Shown one piece after another: positions 12,301 to 20,527 of a stretch of 64,000 bases of DNA (positions are counted from its first letter, which is position 1; every line of letters begins with the position of its first letter). Source of the DNA: Mobula hypostoma (lineage: Eukaryota); assembly GCF_963921235.1 (NCBI RefSeq), contig NC_086109.1, positions 1,552,001 to 1,616,000 of the forward strand. The letters are read 5' to 3'. A program made the translations under genes and the position numbers. The notes below the pieces were generated by a model that saw nothing but the letters and a program-made list of their open reading frames with translations, had not been told where the DNA came from and did no database searches.

Positions 12301-13493
12301 CCCGGGAATGGGGGAGGGAAGGGAGCCCAGCACAGTGAGTATGTGGGGGGGGGGGGGCGGTGACAGGAAGGGAGCCCAGCACAGTGAGTATGTGGGGAGG
12401 GGGGACAGGTAGGGAGCCCAGCACAGTGAGTATGTGGAGGGGGGGAATGGGGAAGGGAAGGGAGCCCAGCACAGTGAGTATGTGGGGGGGGGGACAGGAA
12501 GGGAGCCCAGCACAGTGAGTATGTGGAGTGGGGGAATGGGGAAGGGAAGGGAACCCAGCACAGTGAGTATATGGGGGGGGAACAGGTAGGGAGCCCAGCA
12601 CAGTGAGTATGTGGGGAGGGGGGAACAGGAAGGGAGCCCAGCACAGTGAGTATGTGGTGGGGGGGGGAACAGGAAGGGAGCCCAGCATAGTGAGTATGTG
12701 GAGGGGGGAATGGGGAAGGGAAGGGAGCCCAGCACAGTGAGTATGTGGGGAGCGGGGACAGGAAGGGAGCCCACCACAGTGAGTATGTGTGGGTGGGGGG
12801 GGGGCAATGGGGGACAGGAAGGGAGCCCAGCACAGTGATTATGTTGGGGGGGAGTGGAATGGTGAAGAGAAGGGAGTCCAGCACAGTGAGTATGTGGGGA
12901 GGGGGGACAGGAAGGGAGCCAAGCATAGTGAGTATTGGCCTGATCTTTAGATATCTGTGGCAGGAAGTTGTATGCTGAAAAAGCAGTTTCACAAATTCTT
13001 GAGATTATTAGCGTGAACATAACTGATGACCTAAAATGGAAATTAGAGTGAGAGATATTGGAGAGAGAGACAGAGAAAGATTAATATAGCATTAAAGAAA
13101 AGTAAAAAATGAGTTGGAAGTAAAGGGACAAAGATCACCAGTGGCTGTGAGAGAGACAGACAAAAGGAGAGCATGAGAGAGAGAGAGAGAAGGGATAAAG
13201 AGTAAGAAGAAGGGTGAGAACTAGAGTGAAGAAAAGGAAGCAGCAGGCAAAAAGTGTTGAAAGTTGGAGAGACAGAGTGAGGGAGATGGATGGAGACGAA
13301 GAGGGCAAGAAAGTGAAAGAAGGGTTGCAGGAGATGGAATATCATGGCGATTGTCTCTACACCTATTCCTCCTAACAGACTGAAGGACAACACTGAGCTG
13401 GCCTCCTTGATCACGGCGGCAGGAGGAGATCAATGGTGGCATCTTACCTGCAGAAAGTAGCCAGATCAGGAGATCACCACAGCAAGTCCTCAT
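310..13493 (-). CDS. CD2/SLAM-family immunoglobulin-superfamily type I membrane receptor, six coding exons, 291 aa: join(13448-13493,10569-10904,8013-8285,1675-1785,779-828,310-369)
   Basis: All introns are GT-AG with compatible phases (1,1,1,1,0). Coding length is 46+336+273+111+50+60=876 nt, open to TGA. Domain order is SP-IgV-IgC2-TM-tail, with CD2/SLAM hallmarks: IgV lacking the B/F-strand cysteines (DAGTYIV), linker LRVYEPVS, C2 motif CTVWNPVS, cytoplasmic TxYxxI. The exact paralog cannot be assigned without a search. Confidence 0.9.
779..828 (-). CDS. SLAM-like gene exon 5 (cytoplasmic DRSQGSRHDGSSAPNDY)
   Basis: Acceptor ttctcattacag|AC, donor TAC|GTGAGT; 50 nt, converts phase 1 to phase 0. 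Confidence 0.78.
1675..1785 (-). CDS. SLAM-like gene exon 4 (transmembrane segment)
   Basis: Acceptor ttttctgttctctag|CC, donor ACAG|GTATGA, 111 nt. ASRIPMALIAISCLICVILCIIVVYIY followed by basic CRKCK. Confidence 0.88.
2480..2630 (+). mobile_element. Degenerate Penelope-terminus-derived element
   Basis: gaagggtcttgacctgaaacatcaact...gacggtgcctgacc resembles the reverse complement of the Penelope terminus at 15361-15460. Confidence 0.5.
2700..2965 (-). mobile_element. tRNA-derived SINE (HE1/V-SINE-like), diverged
   Basis: Contains ttacaatgaccaatt, the reverse complement of the SINE core aattggtcattgtaa seen at about 10143, plus related flanking sequence. Confidence 0.55.
3310..4165 (+). mobile_element. 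Internally deleted hAT DNA transposon remnant
   Basis: About 3567-3763 translates FQVSSADCKYRFSLMNSIKYKSGNRLEVEHLEDLMRIK, like the hAT C-terminal dimerisation motif. Weak inverted ends: gggtgggcggctatgca and tgcagtgctacccaccc. Confidence 0.55.
4855..5420. mobile_element. Non-autonomous, probably RTE-related, retroelement
   Basis: GC-balanced block in AT-rich intron, resembling RTE 5'UTR-derived elements; no coding remnant confirmed. Confidence 0.35.
5658..6050 (+). mobile_element. Non-autonomous RTE (Expander/Rex3-like 5'UTR fused to an RTE 3' end)
   Basis: 5' part ggtcacccatgccaaacagg...ggccagactaagagtggtcc; 3' part ccttcattgccgccctaaatgcc ending in a taagtaag tail. Confidence 0.55.
6333..7205 (-). 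mobile_element. CR1 LINE 3' fragment
   Basis: Reverse strand encodes CR1 RT C-terminus remnants (EYCVQ, FKTRLD), the 3'UTR and a short tandem tail. Confidence 0.8.
7590..7985 (+). mobile_element. CR1 LINE 3' fragment
   Basis: GLYSLERRRLRGDLIEVYKI-type sequence and 3'UTR gggccaaagggcctg. Confidence 0.75.
8013..8285 (-). CDS. SLAM-like gene exon 3 (IgC2 domain)
   Basis: Acceptor tttccacccgcag|AG, donor GAAG|GTAAG, 273 nt. EPVSNVTV...CNVTLRC...FGW...YACTVWNPVS...HAC has the four-cysteine pattern of SLAM C2 domains. Confidence 0.92.
9583..9890 (+). mobile_element. tRNA-derived SINE (V-SINE/HE1-like)
   Basis: tRNA-like head, core tccccgtgactgcgtgggtttcctcccacagtccaaaga, tail with aataaa and (tttaac)n. 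Confidence 0.65.
9982..10250 (+). mobile_element. tRNA-derived SINE (HE1/V-SINE-like) with CR1-type tail
   Basis: A box gtagtggttagc, B box ggttcaattccc, V-domain-like core, 3' gggctggaagggcct. Confidence 0.75.
10569..10904 (-). CDS. SLAM-like gene exon 2 (end of signal peptide plus N-terminal IgV domain)
   Basis: Acceptor tcctttcccag|CTTGC, donor G|GTCAGT, 336 nt. Translates ACLALDVKTPDYPVNAS...EVTWSF...FTLWINSVKWEDAGTYIVTV...SLRVY. Confidence 0.9.
11080..11518 (+). mobile_element. CR1 LINE 3' fragment
   Basis: LGLYSLEFRRMRGDLIETY plus CR1 3'UTR. Confidence 0.8.
11528..11853. repeat. 46-bp pyrimidine-rich minisatellite, about 7 copies
   Basis: Unit ccctcaacctctgacctctcccctcctgctcactgccccttc(acac|cctg). 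Confidence 0.9.
12305..12935 (+). repeat. G-rich minisatellite, about 40-50-bp unit, about 14 copies
   Basis: Core gggagcccagcacagtgagtatgtgg separated by variable G-runs. Confidence 0.92.
13448..13493 (-). CDS. SLAM-like gene exon 1 (signal peptide MRTCCGDLLIWLLSA)
   Basis: ATG at 13493, hydrophobic core, phase-1 donor CAG|GTAAG. An in-frame upstream ATG at 13520 is an alternative start. Confidence 0.75.
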
Positions 13494-13564
13494 CCCATAG
13501 CCTTGCTCACGAACCTTCATCCCTGAGGGCTGTCTACACAGTCGAGCTGCTGGAGAGTGCCAGC

Positions 13565-13615
13565 CTCACTGACTCACGGTGACTTCAACAAATTTCTGCC
13601 GAAGGAGGAAGCGGT
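13565..13615 (-). promoter_or_regulatory. Putative proximal promoter elements of the SLAM-like gene (AP-1 and ETS/PU.1 sites)
   Basis: TGACTCA at 13570-13576 and GAGGAAG at 13605-13611, about 80-120 nt upstream of the ATG; no obvious TATA box. Confidence 0.4.
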
Positions 13616-13749
13616 GGGTTTGAACTTAACACCTCCCCCAAGCTCTGCTCCATGATGCTGAAGTTCAGCTACACTTACAGCAGTTAGGTTTAGCTGATAC
13701 TGTCACCAGCATCCTGCTTTCTTCAAACAAAAATAATTAAAACCCAGAA

Positions 13750-14094
13750 CATATTGTTGAAGTTGCAGAATTTATTGGTGAGGACTAATTTGGAGTATTG
13801 TGTACAGTTTTGGTTACCTGCCTACAGGAAAGATGTAAACAAAGTTGAAAGAGTGCAGAGAAAATTTACAAGGATGTGGCTGAGTTTGGAGGAACTGAGT
13901 TATAAGAAAACTTTGAATAGGTTAGGACTGTATTCTTTAGAATGTAAAAGATTGTGAGAGATTTGATAAAGCTTTACAAAATTATAACGGGTATAGATCT
14001 GGTAAATGCAAGCAGACTTTTTCCACTGAGGTTGGATGGGACTACAACGGGAAGTCGTGGGTTATGGGTGAAAGGTGGGAAGTTTAAGGGGAAC
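13750..14094 (+). mobile_element. CR1 LINE RT fragment
   Basis: LVRTNLEYCVQFWLPAYRKDVNKVERVQRKFTRM. Confidence 0.8.
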
Positions 14095-14301
14095 TTCCTG
14101 TCCCCCCCCCCACATACTCACTGTGCTGGGCTCCCTTCCCTTCGCCATTCCCCCACTCCACATACTCACTGTGCTGGGCTCCCTTCCTGTCCCCCCCACC
14201 ACATACTCACTGTGTGTGCTGGGCTCCCTTCCTGTTCCCCCCTCCCCACATACTCACTGTGCTGGGCTCCCTTCCTGTCCCCCCTCCCCACATACTCACT
14301 G
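14095..14301 (-). repeat. Inverted copy of the 12305-12935 minisatellite, about 5 units
   Basis: ccacatactcactgtgctgggctccc is the exact reverse complement of the core. Confidence 0.9.
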
Positions 14302-15217
14302 TCACAACGGGGGCGCTGGGAACGGACCCAAATGCAAGACAGAGACACTGAAGTACAAAGAACAGGACTTGACTAGAGTAGGGACGTGATAGGATACAGA
14401 CAAGGACAAGGGACAAGAACGCAGACTTGGGCTTGGACCCCGAGCCAGAGAGTGGACAAGGACCCAGAACCTGGGTCTTGCTTCGGGCTCGGGCCCCAGA
14501 ACTAGGCAAGTACATGACATGACTGCAGGACTGGAGGCTGGGGTCTTTAGGCTTGAGCTTGGAGACAGGCTTGGGGTCTTGAAGCTTGAGCTTGGAGACA
14601 GGCTGGGGTCTTGGTCTTGAGGTCTGCAGGCTAGAGTCTTGGTCTTCAAGCCTGCAGGCTGGGGTCTTGGGTCTTGGGTCTTGGGTCTAGGGTACTTCGA
14701 GGCTTGGGTATGGACTTTGAGTCAGAGACTGGGCAAGGACCCAGGACCTGGGACTAGACTCGGGCTCGGATTCCAGAACTAGGCGAGGACAAGACGAGGC
14801 TACAGGAGTGGACATGGCTTAGGTGTGGAACTCCTGGGTAGGACGAGACACAAGGACAAGTAAAGGCACATGGACAGGACTCGGATAGGACTGGACTAGG
14901 CACAAGCTGGACGAGGACCTTCAGGAGCACGGAGCCTTGGACGAGAAGAGACAGGAGAACGGAACACAGAGCCGGGACATCTCCTTGTAAACAGGACGTA
15001 GGGCCAGGAATCACACACAACACAGAGCCGGGACCCCTCCTTGGGAACAGGACGGTCCAGCCGGAAGTCTCTGGTTTGCAGAGGTATTTATGTCTCAGCC
15101 CCAAAATGAGAAACATGTGCCCACAACAGACACTGGGGAAAACCAGAAACCCCAGAACAAGGAACCATGGACTGGACCATGAAACGGAACATGGACTTCA
15201 CGGACTGGACCATGACA
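14300..15217. mobile_element. Probable solo LTR (Gypsy-like)
   Basis: Begins TGTCAC and ends ATGACA (TG...CA with short inverted termini); about 920 bp with internal short repeats; no TSD visible. Confidence 0.55.
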
Positions 15218-15360
15218 GGTACAGCAGTCAATGGGTAAAGAATGGGACAGGTAGAGCAGTCAATGGGTAAAGAATGGGACAGGTACGGCAGTTAGTGGAT
15301 AAAGAATGGGACAGGCACAGCAGTCAATGGGTAAAGAATGGGACAGGTACAGCAGTCAAG

Positions 15361-15777
15361 CAACACACATAAACGTTGCTGGTGAACGCAGCAGGCCAGG
15401 CAGCATCTCTGGGAAGAGGTACAGTCGACGTTTCAGGCCGAGACCCTTCGTCAGGACTAACTGAAAGAAGAGCTAGTAAGAGATTTGAAAGTGGGAGGGC
15501 GAGGGGGAGATCCAAAATGATAGGAGAAGACAGGAGGGGGATGGATGGAGCCAAGAGCTGGACAGGTGATTGGCAAAGGGGATACGAGAGGATCATGGGA
15601 CAGGAGGTCCAGGGAGAAGGAAAAGGGAGAGGGTGGGAAAAAAGCCCAGAGGATGGGCAAGGGGTATAGTGAGAGGGACAAAAAGGAGAGAGAGAGAAAG
15701 AATGTGTGTATATATAAATAACGGATAGGGGCCGAGGGGGAGGTGGGGCATTAGCGGAAGTTTGAGAAGTCAATGTC
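15361..15777 (-). mobile_element. Penelope-like element terminal (pLTR) fragment
   Basis: Terminus ctgacgaagggtctcggcctgaaacgtcgactgtacctcttcccagagatgctgcctggcctgctgcgttcaccagcaac on the minus strand, with a hammerhead motif typical of Penelope-like termini. Confidence 0.75.
15423..15458 (-). ncRNA. Minimal type I hammerhead ribozyme motif
   Basis: AGUC-CUGACGA-AGG(gucucgg)CCU-GAAAC-GUC-GACU: intact core, stems I and II, and a palindromic ACGU minimal stem III. Confidence 0.7.
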
Positions 15778-16934
15778 CAGTACGGTACAGTAGTCAAAAG
15801 GTAAAGAATGGGACAGGTACAGTAGTCGACGGGTAAAGTCTGATGCTGAGAAACGTAAGTGAAAAGAAGCAAAATGTAAGCCAGAGTTAAAATGGCAACA
15901 GGGATTGAATCCGGGGCTGTACATAGATTGCCTGCTGAACGAAGCTAACCAACTAAGGAAGTGATTAAAAATACACGCTGTTGTGTTTATAGATAGAAGA
16001 AAGAGCTCAACGGACGTAACAGTGAACCTTTATAAACCAGCACTGCCGTCCATTTTTAATTCAGCAACATTTTCCATCACCAACCCCGTATTGCTTGTTT
16101 CCTTCAATATCCAGAAATCTACCGATTTTGGGTCCAAATGAACTCAATGCCGGCCCCGCCGCAGACCCATTGATTACAGATTTCCCACTGTTGAGCACAT
16201 TTCTCCTCATCTCCATCGTGGTTAGCCTGACCCCTTATTCTGGGACTGTGAACCTAGTGCTCAGCTGGGGAGACACCCTCTCGACATTCATCATGCTGAG
16301 CTCCTGTAAGCATCTTCAAGTACAAAGTACATCGGTTACCAAAATATGTACTCAGTATACAACCTTCTTGCAGGCATCCAAATAACAGAGAAACGCCATA
16401 GAACCTGTTTAAAGCAACCCTCCACACAAGACCATCAATAAAAGAAAAAAATCACGCAAACAACACAAAGCAGACAGAAAACGCACAGAACATTAAACAC
16501 CGAACCACAGAATCCCCAAAGTGAGTCCACAGGTGTGAGCCACAAAGGCGAGTAAAGCCAGTCCAGGAGCCACAGCCACCGAGCCGGTCGGTCAGCTTTG
16601 TACATTTCACAGAGACCACTGCAGAGTATGGGTTCTGAGGCATCACCCCTCCTTGTAAAGCCAAGCCAGCAGCCCAGACAATGGTATGGTGCAGTGCCTT
16701 CCCTTGGGGAAGAAGAACAACCACTAGGTAGCATTCTAGATTCTGATGGAGGGTAAGCCGCCTAAAACGTTCAGCCTTTTGTTTTCCAGTGGATACTGTC
16801 CGAACTGCTGAGTCTTTCTTGTATTTTCTTTTGTTTTTCAGTTTTCTAGAACGTGCAGCCTTTTGATTTTCATTCACGATACTGTACTCCTGCTGCAGTC
16901 TCCCTAGGGCCCTGTATGAAGGCGATGCCTGCTT

Positions 16935-17187
16935 TACCCCGTGGAAAGGTGAGCAGTTGCAGCTTCCTGGGTACCAGCATCTCAGAGGATTTATCCTGGG
17001 CCCAACATATCGAGGTGAATATGCAGAGGGCACACCAGTGGCTATATTTAATTAGGAACTTAAGAAGATTTGGTTTGGAACCCGAGACTCAGACAAATTT
17101 CTATTGATGCAGCATGGAGAGCATTCAAACTTGTTGCATCACCATTTGATGTGAAGAAGCTACCGCACAGGGATCAAAAAAAGCTAA
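16935..17187 (+). mobile_element. Rex1/Babar-like LINE, left part (split by the Gypsy insertion)
   Basis: KVSSCSFLGTSISEDLSWAQHI...AHQWLYLIRNLRRFG; continues at 28486. Confidence 0.75.
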
Positions 17188-17768
17188 TGTAATGGGGGTC
17201 TTTTATGTTACTGCGATGGCTTTTCTGTAATACTAACTGCGATGTAAGGAATTCTCTCTCTCTCTCTCTGCTTGTTTGGATTACATTATTGATAAGAGGA
17301 AGAACGAACCAATGAGTGTCCATGTTATTCTTCTTGTGGGTAATATTCTGTCTCATATGGCTGGGAACCGTGTGGGTTGGCGGGCTTTTCGGGAGGAGAC
17401 CCGATGAAGAAGGACGAGCTGGACGCGCTCTGGTCGACCACCGCGGTTGGTCCCGAGTGGCGAGTCGAGGGGCTCGGAGTGGATCTCAGGGTGGAAAGAG
17501 GACCTCGTTATCTGAGCTCCAGCTGTTGTGCACGAAGTGGTTGAACTCTGACGTCCGGCGCCTTTTACTTTCCCTTTTATATTGTATCTCTATTAATTAC
17601 ATAGTTCCAGTAAGATTTATAAAGTGTCATCTGTAAATCGTACATTGTGTGCTGTCTGATATTTGATGTGTGAGTTTGTACCAGGTGGCGTTACACAGCA
17701 ACGACGCCACCGTGAGACACGGTTTGGTGGGCGGACGGGATTTTCCCGAGATAAACCTGAGCGTTACA
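17188..17768 (+). repeat. Gypsy 5' LTR followed by a degenerate tRNA-Pro-like PBS (about 17771-17792)
   Basis: Ends cctgagcgttaca, matching the element's 3' end cctgagcattaca; then tgtggggacagcgtccgggatt, similar to PBS-Pro TGGGGGCTCGTCCGGGAT. Confidence 0.8.
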
Positions 17769-17829
17769 TTTGTGGGGACAGCGTCCGGGATTGAATTCTG
17801 TGTAAATCGCCACGTCAATTAGTGCGGAG

Positions 17830-19190
17830 ATGGATCGAGATAAGATTGTAAACTGGTGTAAGCTCAAGGACGTTCCGATTAATCATTTCCGCACTTCGGA
17901 AGAAGTACTAGTACGAGGGTTGAGTCTGATTAAATCTATCGGTCAGGTAGAACTCATAGCTGGAAGGTGCGGTAAAGAAGTGGAATCTGTATGGGTGTTG
18001 GTTCGGACGAGTGCGTTCAGGACGTTGGATCTGCCAGCGACGGTCAGCGTCCCGGGGGAGGGGGCCGTGGTGCCTCCACACCCTCCCGGAGGACGACTGT
18101 GAGGAGACTGCGGAGTTAGATGAGACCCCAGGGGAGGTGCCAGTGGCCAGTGGTGGAAGGTTGAAGGAATGTGCGAAGGAATAAGTTCTCGGGGTAATAA
18201 GGGGAGAGGGGTCAGAGTGGGAAGGATTGGCCAGGCCCCGTCCCTCAGCTAGAGGTGAGACCTCCGAGTTGGCAGTCGCTATTACCTCCCTGGTGAGAAG
18301 GGCCGAGGGGCCCCGCCCGAAGCTGAAAATTTTCTCAGGACCCGCGCCCACCCCGGAAGAGGACGATTATGAGACATGAATCGAAAACACGTCCCAGTTG
18401 TTAGGGAAGTGGCCAGGCTCGGATGAGGAAAAGAGACAACGACTGGTGGAAAGTTTGCTGGGAGTGGCAGCTGGTGTCGTCCGGGGGCTGAAAGCTGAAC
18501 AGCCCCCGGCTTCCCTGGCGGAGTATCTTGAAGCTTTGGAGGGTGCGTTTGGATTAATGGGAGATTACTGGGAGATTTTAGCGGAGTTTCAAAACATGCG
18601 GCAGGGAAGAGGGGAAAAGCTCTCAGAATACATTTTGCAGCTAGAGATAATGCTTAATAGGCTGCGGAGCCGAGGGGTAGTGAAGGCGGACGAGGTGGCG
18701 AATGTTTAGGTTGAATCAGATATCTAGGGGTTCCCTAGGGGAGGACCAGGTGGCTTGGAGTCTCCGGCAGTCCTATAAAAGGAGCCCCTCCGCCCCCCCC
18801 ATCATTCGGTCAGCTGATTAGAGATTTGCGGGAGGATGAGAGCGTGTTGGGCCGGAAAAAGGACTCTAGCCACCGGGGACAATCGTCAACCATACGGGAG
18901 GTGGTGACAGGGTTGAGAACCGAGCGACCCAAGGGGGTCCCAGATGGGTAGGGACCCCTCGCATGAGTGGATTGATAGGGAGAGCACCCCCTTCAGGGGG
19001 GCGTATCGCGCAGTGGGCTGGGAGTGGCGGGCGTCCTGGGAGGAGAGGGGCGGCGGGTAGCGTGTGCTGCAGCTGCGGGGAAGAGGGGCACTTCCGGAGG
19101 GAATGTGAGAGACAAGACACCCTGCGGAGGGCAAGCCCCCGGGCGAATAAGAAAGGAAAGGTGTCGGGAAATTTAGGAGAGACTCAGTGA
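17830..19190 (+). pseudogene. Gypsy gag (PNMA-type capsid plus CCHC zinc knuckle), frameshifted
   Basis: KLKIFSG...EEKRQRLVESL...YLEALEGAFG capsid motif; CCSCGEEGHFRREC knuckle; broken into several ORFs. Confidence 0.85.
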
Positions 19191-19226
19191 GGAAACGGAC
19201 TGGAGTCTCAGGAGGAATACGTTCCC
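19166..19226 (+). promoter_or_regulatory. Programmed -1 ribosomal frameshift signal (G GGA AAT plus H-type pseudoknot)
   Basis: Slippery heptamer in the gag frame, 6-nt spacer, stem 1 GAGACUCAG/CUGGAGUCUC, stem 2 GGAAACG/CGUUCCC; the -1 frame is open toward the protease. Confidence 0.7.
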
Positions 19227-19278
19227 AGAAATCTGCCATGGGACCCCCGCAAGCCCAAGCCCTTACTCCGGGCGGATT

Positions 19279-19837
19279 TTTTAAAATTTCAAAATATACT
19301 TTATTCAAAAATAAAATTATATACAATAACCATTCAATAACTTTCTATCCTTTGCATACGTTTCCATTCTGGTCTGTACATATCCATACTTATGACCACC
19401 CACGTGGCACTCCAGTTGTTTACCTTACCACATCGTTGTTGAGGGGTATACTCCCCGCCACCCGACCCCTCCCACTCCCGCGGGTGAAGAAACCTAAACC
19501 GTGGTCCTTCCCCACTGGGCCCTTGCGGTGGCTGCACCGAGTTTCAGTGCGTCCCTCCGCACGTACCCCTGCAGCCGAGAATGTGCCAGTCGGCAGCATT
19601 CTCCCACGGACATCTCCATGTGCTGGTCGATCATCAAGTTTCGGGCCGACCAAAGAGCGTCTTTCACCGAGTTGATGATGTGCCAGCAGCACCGGATGTT
19701 GGTCTCCGTGTGCGTCCCCCGGGTCAGAGAGGCCTCTGTTACGCAGCTGCTGGGGATGAAACGTGACACTAGCCCGCACATCCTCCTCCACACCTTCTCT
19801 GCGAACTGACAGTGTGCAAAGAGGTGGGTCACAGACT
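19279..19837 (-). mobile_element. Tx1/L1-clade LINE 3' fragment inserted in Gypsy pol
   Basis: HLFAHCQFAEKVW...KDALWSARN, A-rich tail, 18-bp TSD cctta(c/t)tccgggcggatt at 19261-19278 and 19838-19855. Confidence 0.85.
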
Positions 19838-20527
19838 CCTTATTCCGGGCGGATTAGTGGGACCCCACTCCAGCGTGTCCCTACGGATAGAGGGAATCTT
19901 TGCAAGGGCCATCCTTGACATCGGGTCGCAGGTCACCTTATTGTACCAGTTGTTCTACAACAAAAATTTAAAGCATTTGCTAGTAACTCAGTTTACTGCA
20001 CTGGAGATTTGGGGCATAAGTGAGGCTGATTACCCGTACGATGGGTACCTGTCAGTGAGATTGGAATTCTCGGAGGGCGATGTGGGAGTGTCGGAAGCCC
20101 TTGAGACGTTGGTGTTGGTTTGTCCGGATCCGGTGGAAACCGGTGGTGCTGCCCTACTGGTGGGGACTAACTCCCCACTTGTGCGACGGCTCCTGGGAGC
20201 CGGTAAGGAGAAGGCGGGGGAGAACTTTCTGGAGACCCTCTCAGTACATTCAGTGTTCCGAGCGGTGTTCGATGAAGTGGGTGACCGCCCCCCCCCCCCC
20301 CCACCAGGGGCTGGATCCTGAGTGCAAACGAGGAACGGTGTGGTTCACTCAGGCGAGGCCTAAAGTGATACGGCCAGGGGAGGTGGCACTAGTGATGGGG
20401 GCCCCCAGATTCCACGGAGTACCGGCGGGCAAGGTCCTGTTAGTAGACGCCACGGAAGACCTTGAAGGGGAGACCCAGTTCCCGGCTGGGGTACTGGTGA
20501 GACTTGAATTGCAGAGGCCCTCGGTGG
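19838..20527 (+). pseudogene. Gypsy aspartic protease region
   Basis: RAILDIGSQVT (degenerate DTG active site) ... ALLVGTN. Confidence 0.8.

Larger units (their letters stand above)
15218..15837. repeat. 32-bp tandem repeat interrupted by a Penelope fragment
   Basis: Unit ggtacagcagtcaatgggtaaagaatgggaca at 15218-15360, resuming at about 15780-15837. Confidence 0.85.

Noticed and set aside
12155..13020. Repetitive ORFs (HILTVLGSLP / THCAGLPS) and a CRISPR-like look
   Set aside because: Minisatellite: the inter-repeat segments are related G-runs, not unique spacers; eukaryotic context and no cas genes.
13043..13414. Hydrophobic 123-aa ORF resembling a membrane protein
   Set aside because: Translation of a GA-rich low-complexity tract in intron 1.
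17830..18709. Domesticated PNMA gene
   Set aside because: Frameshifts and stops; embedded between an LTR/PBS and pol.
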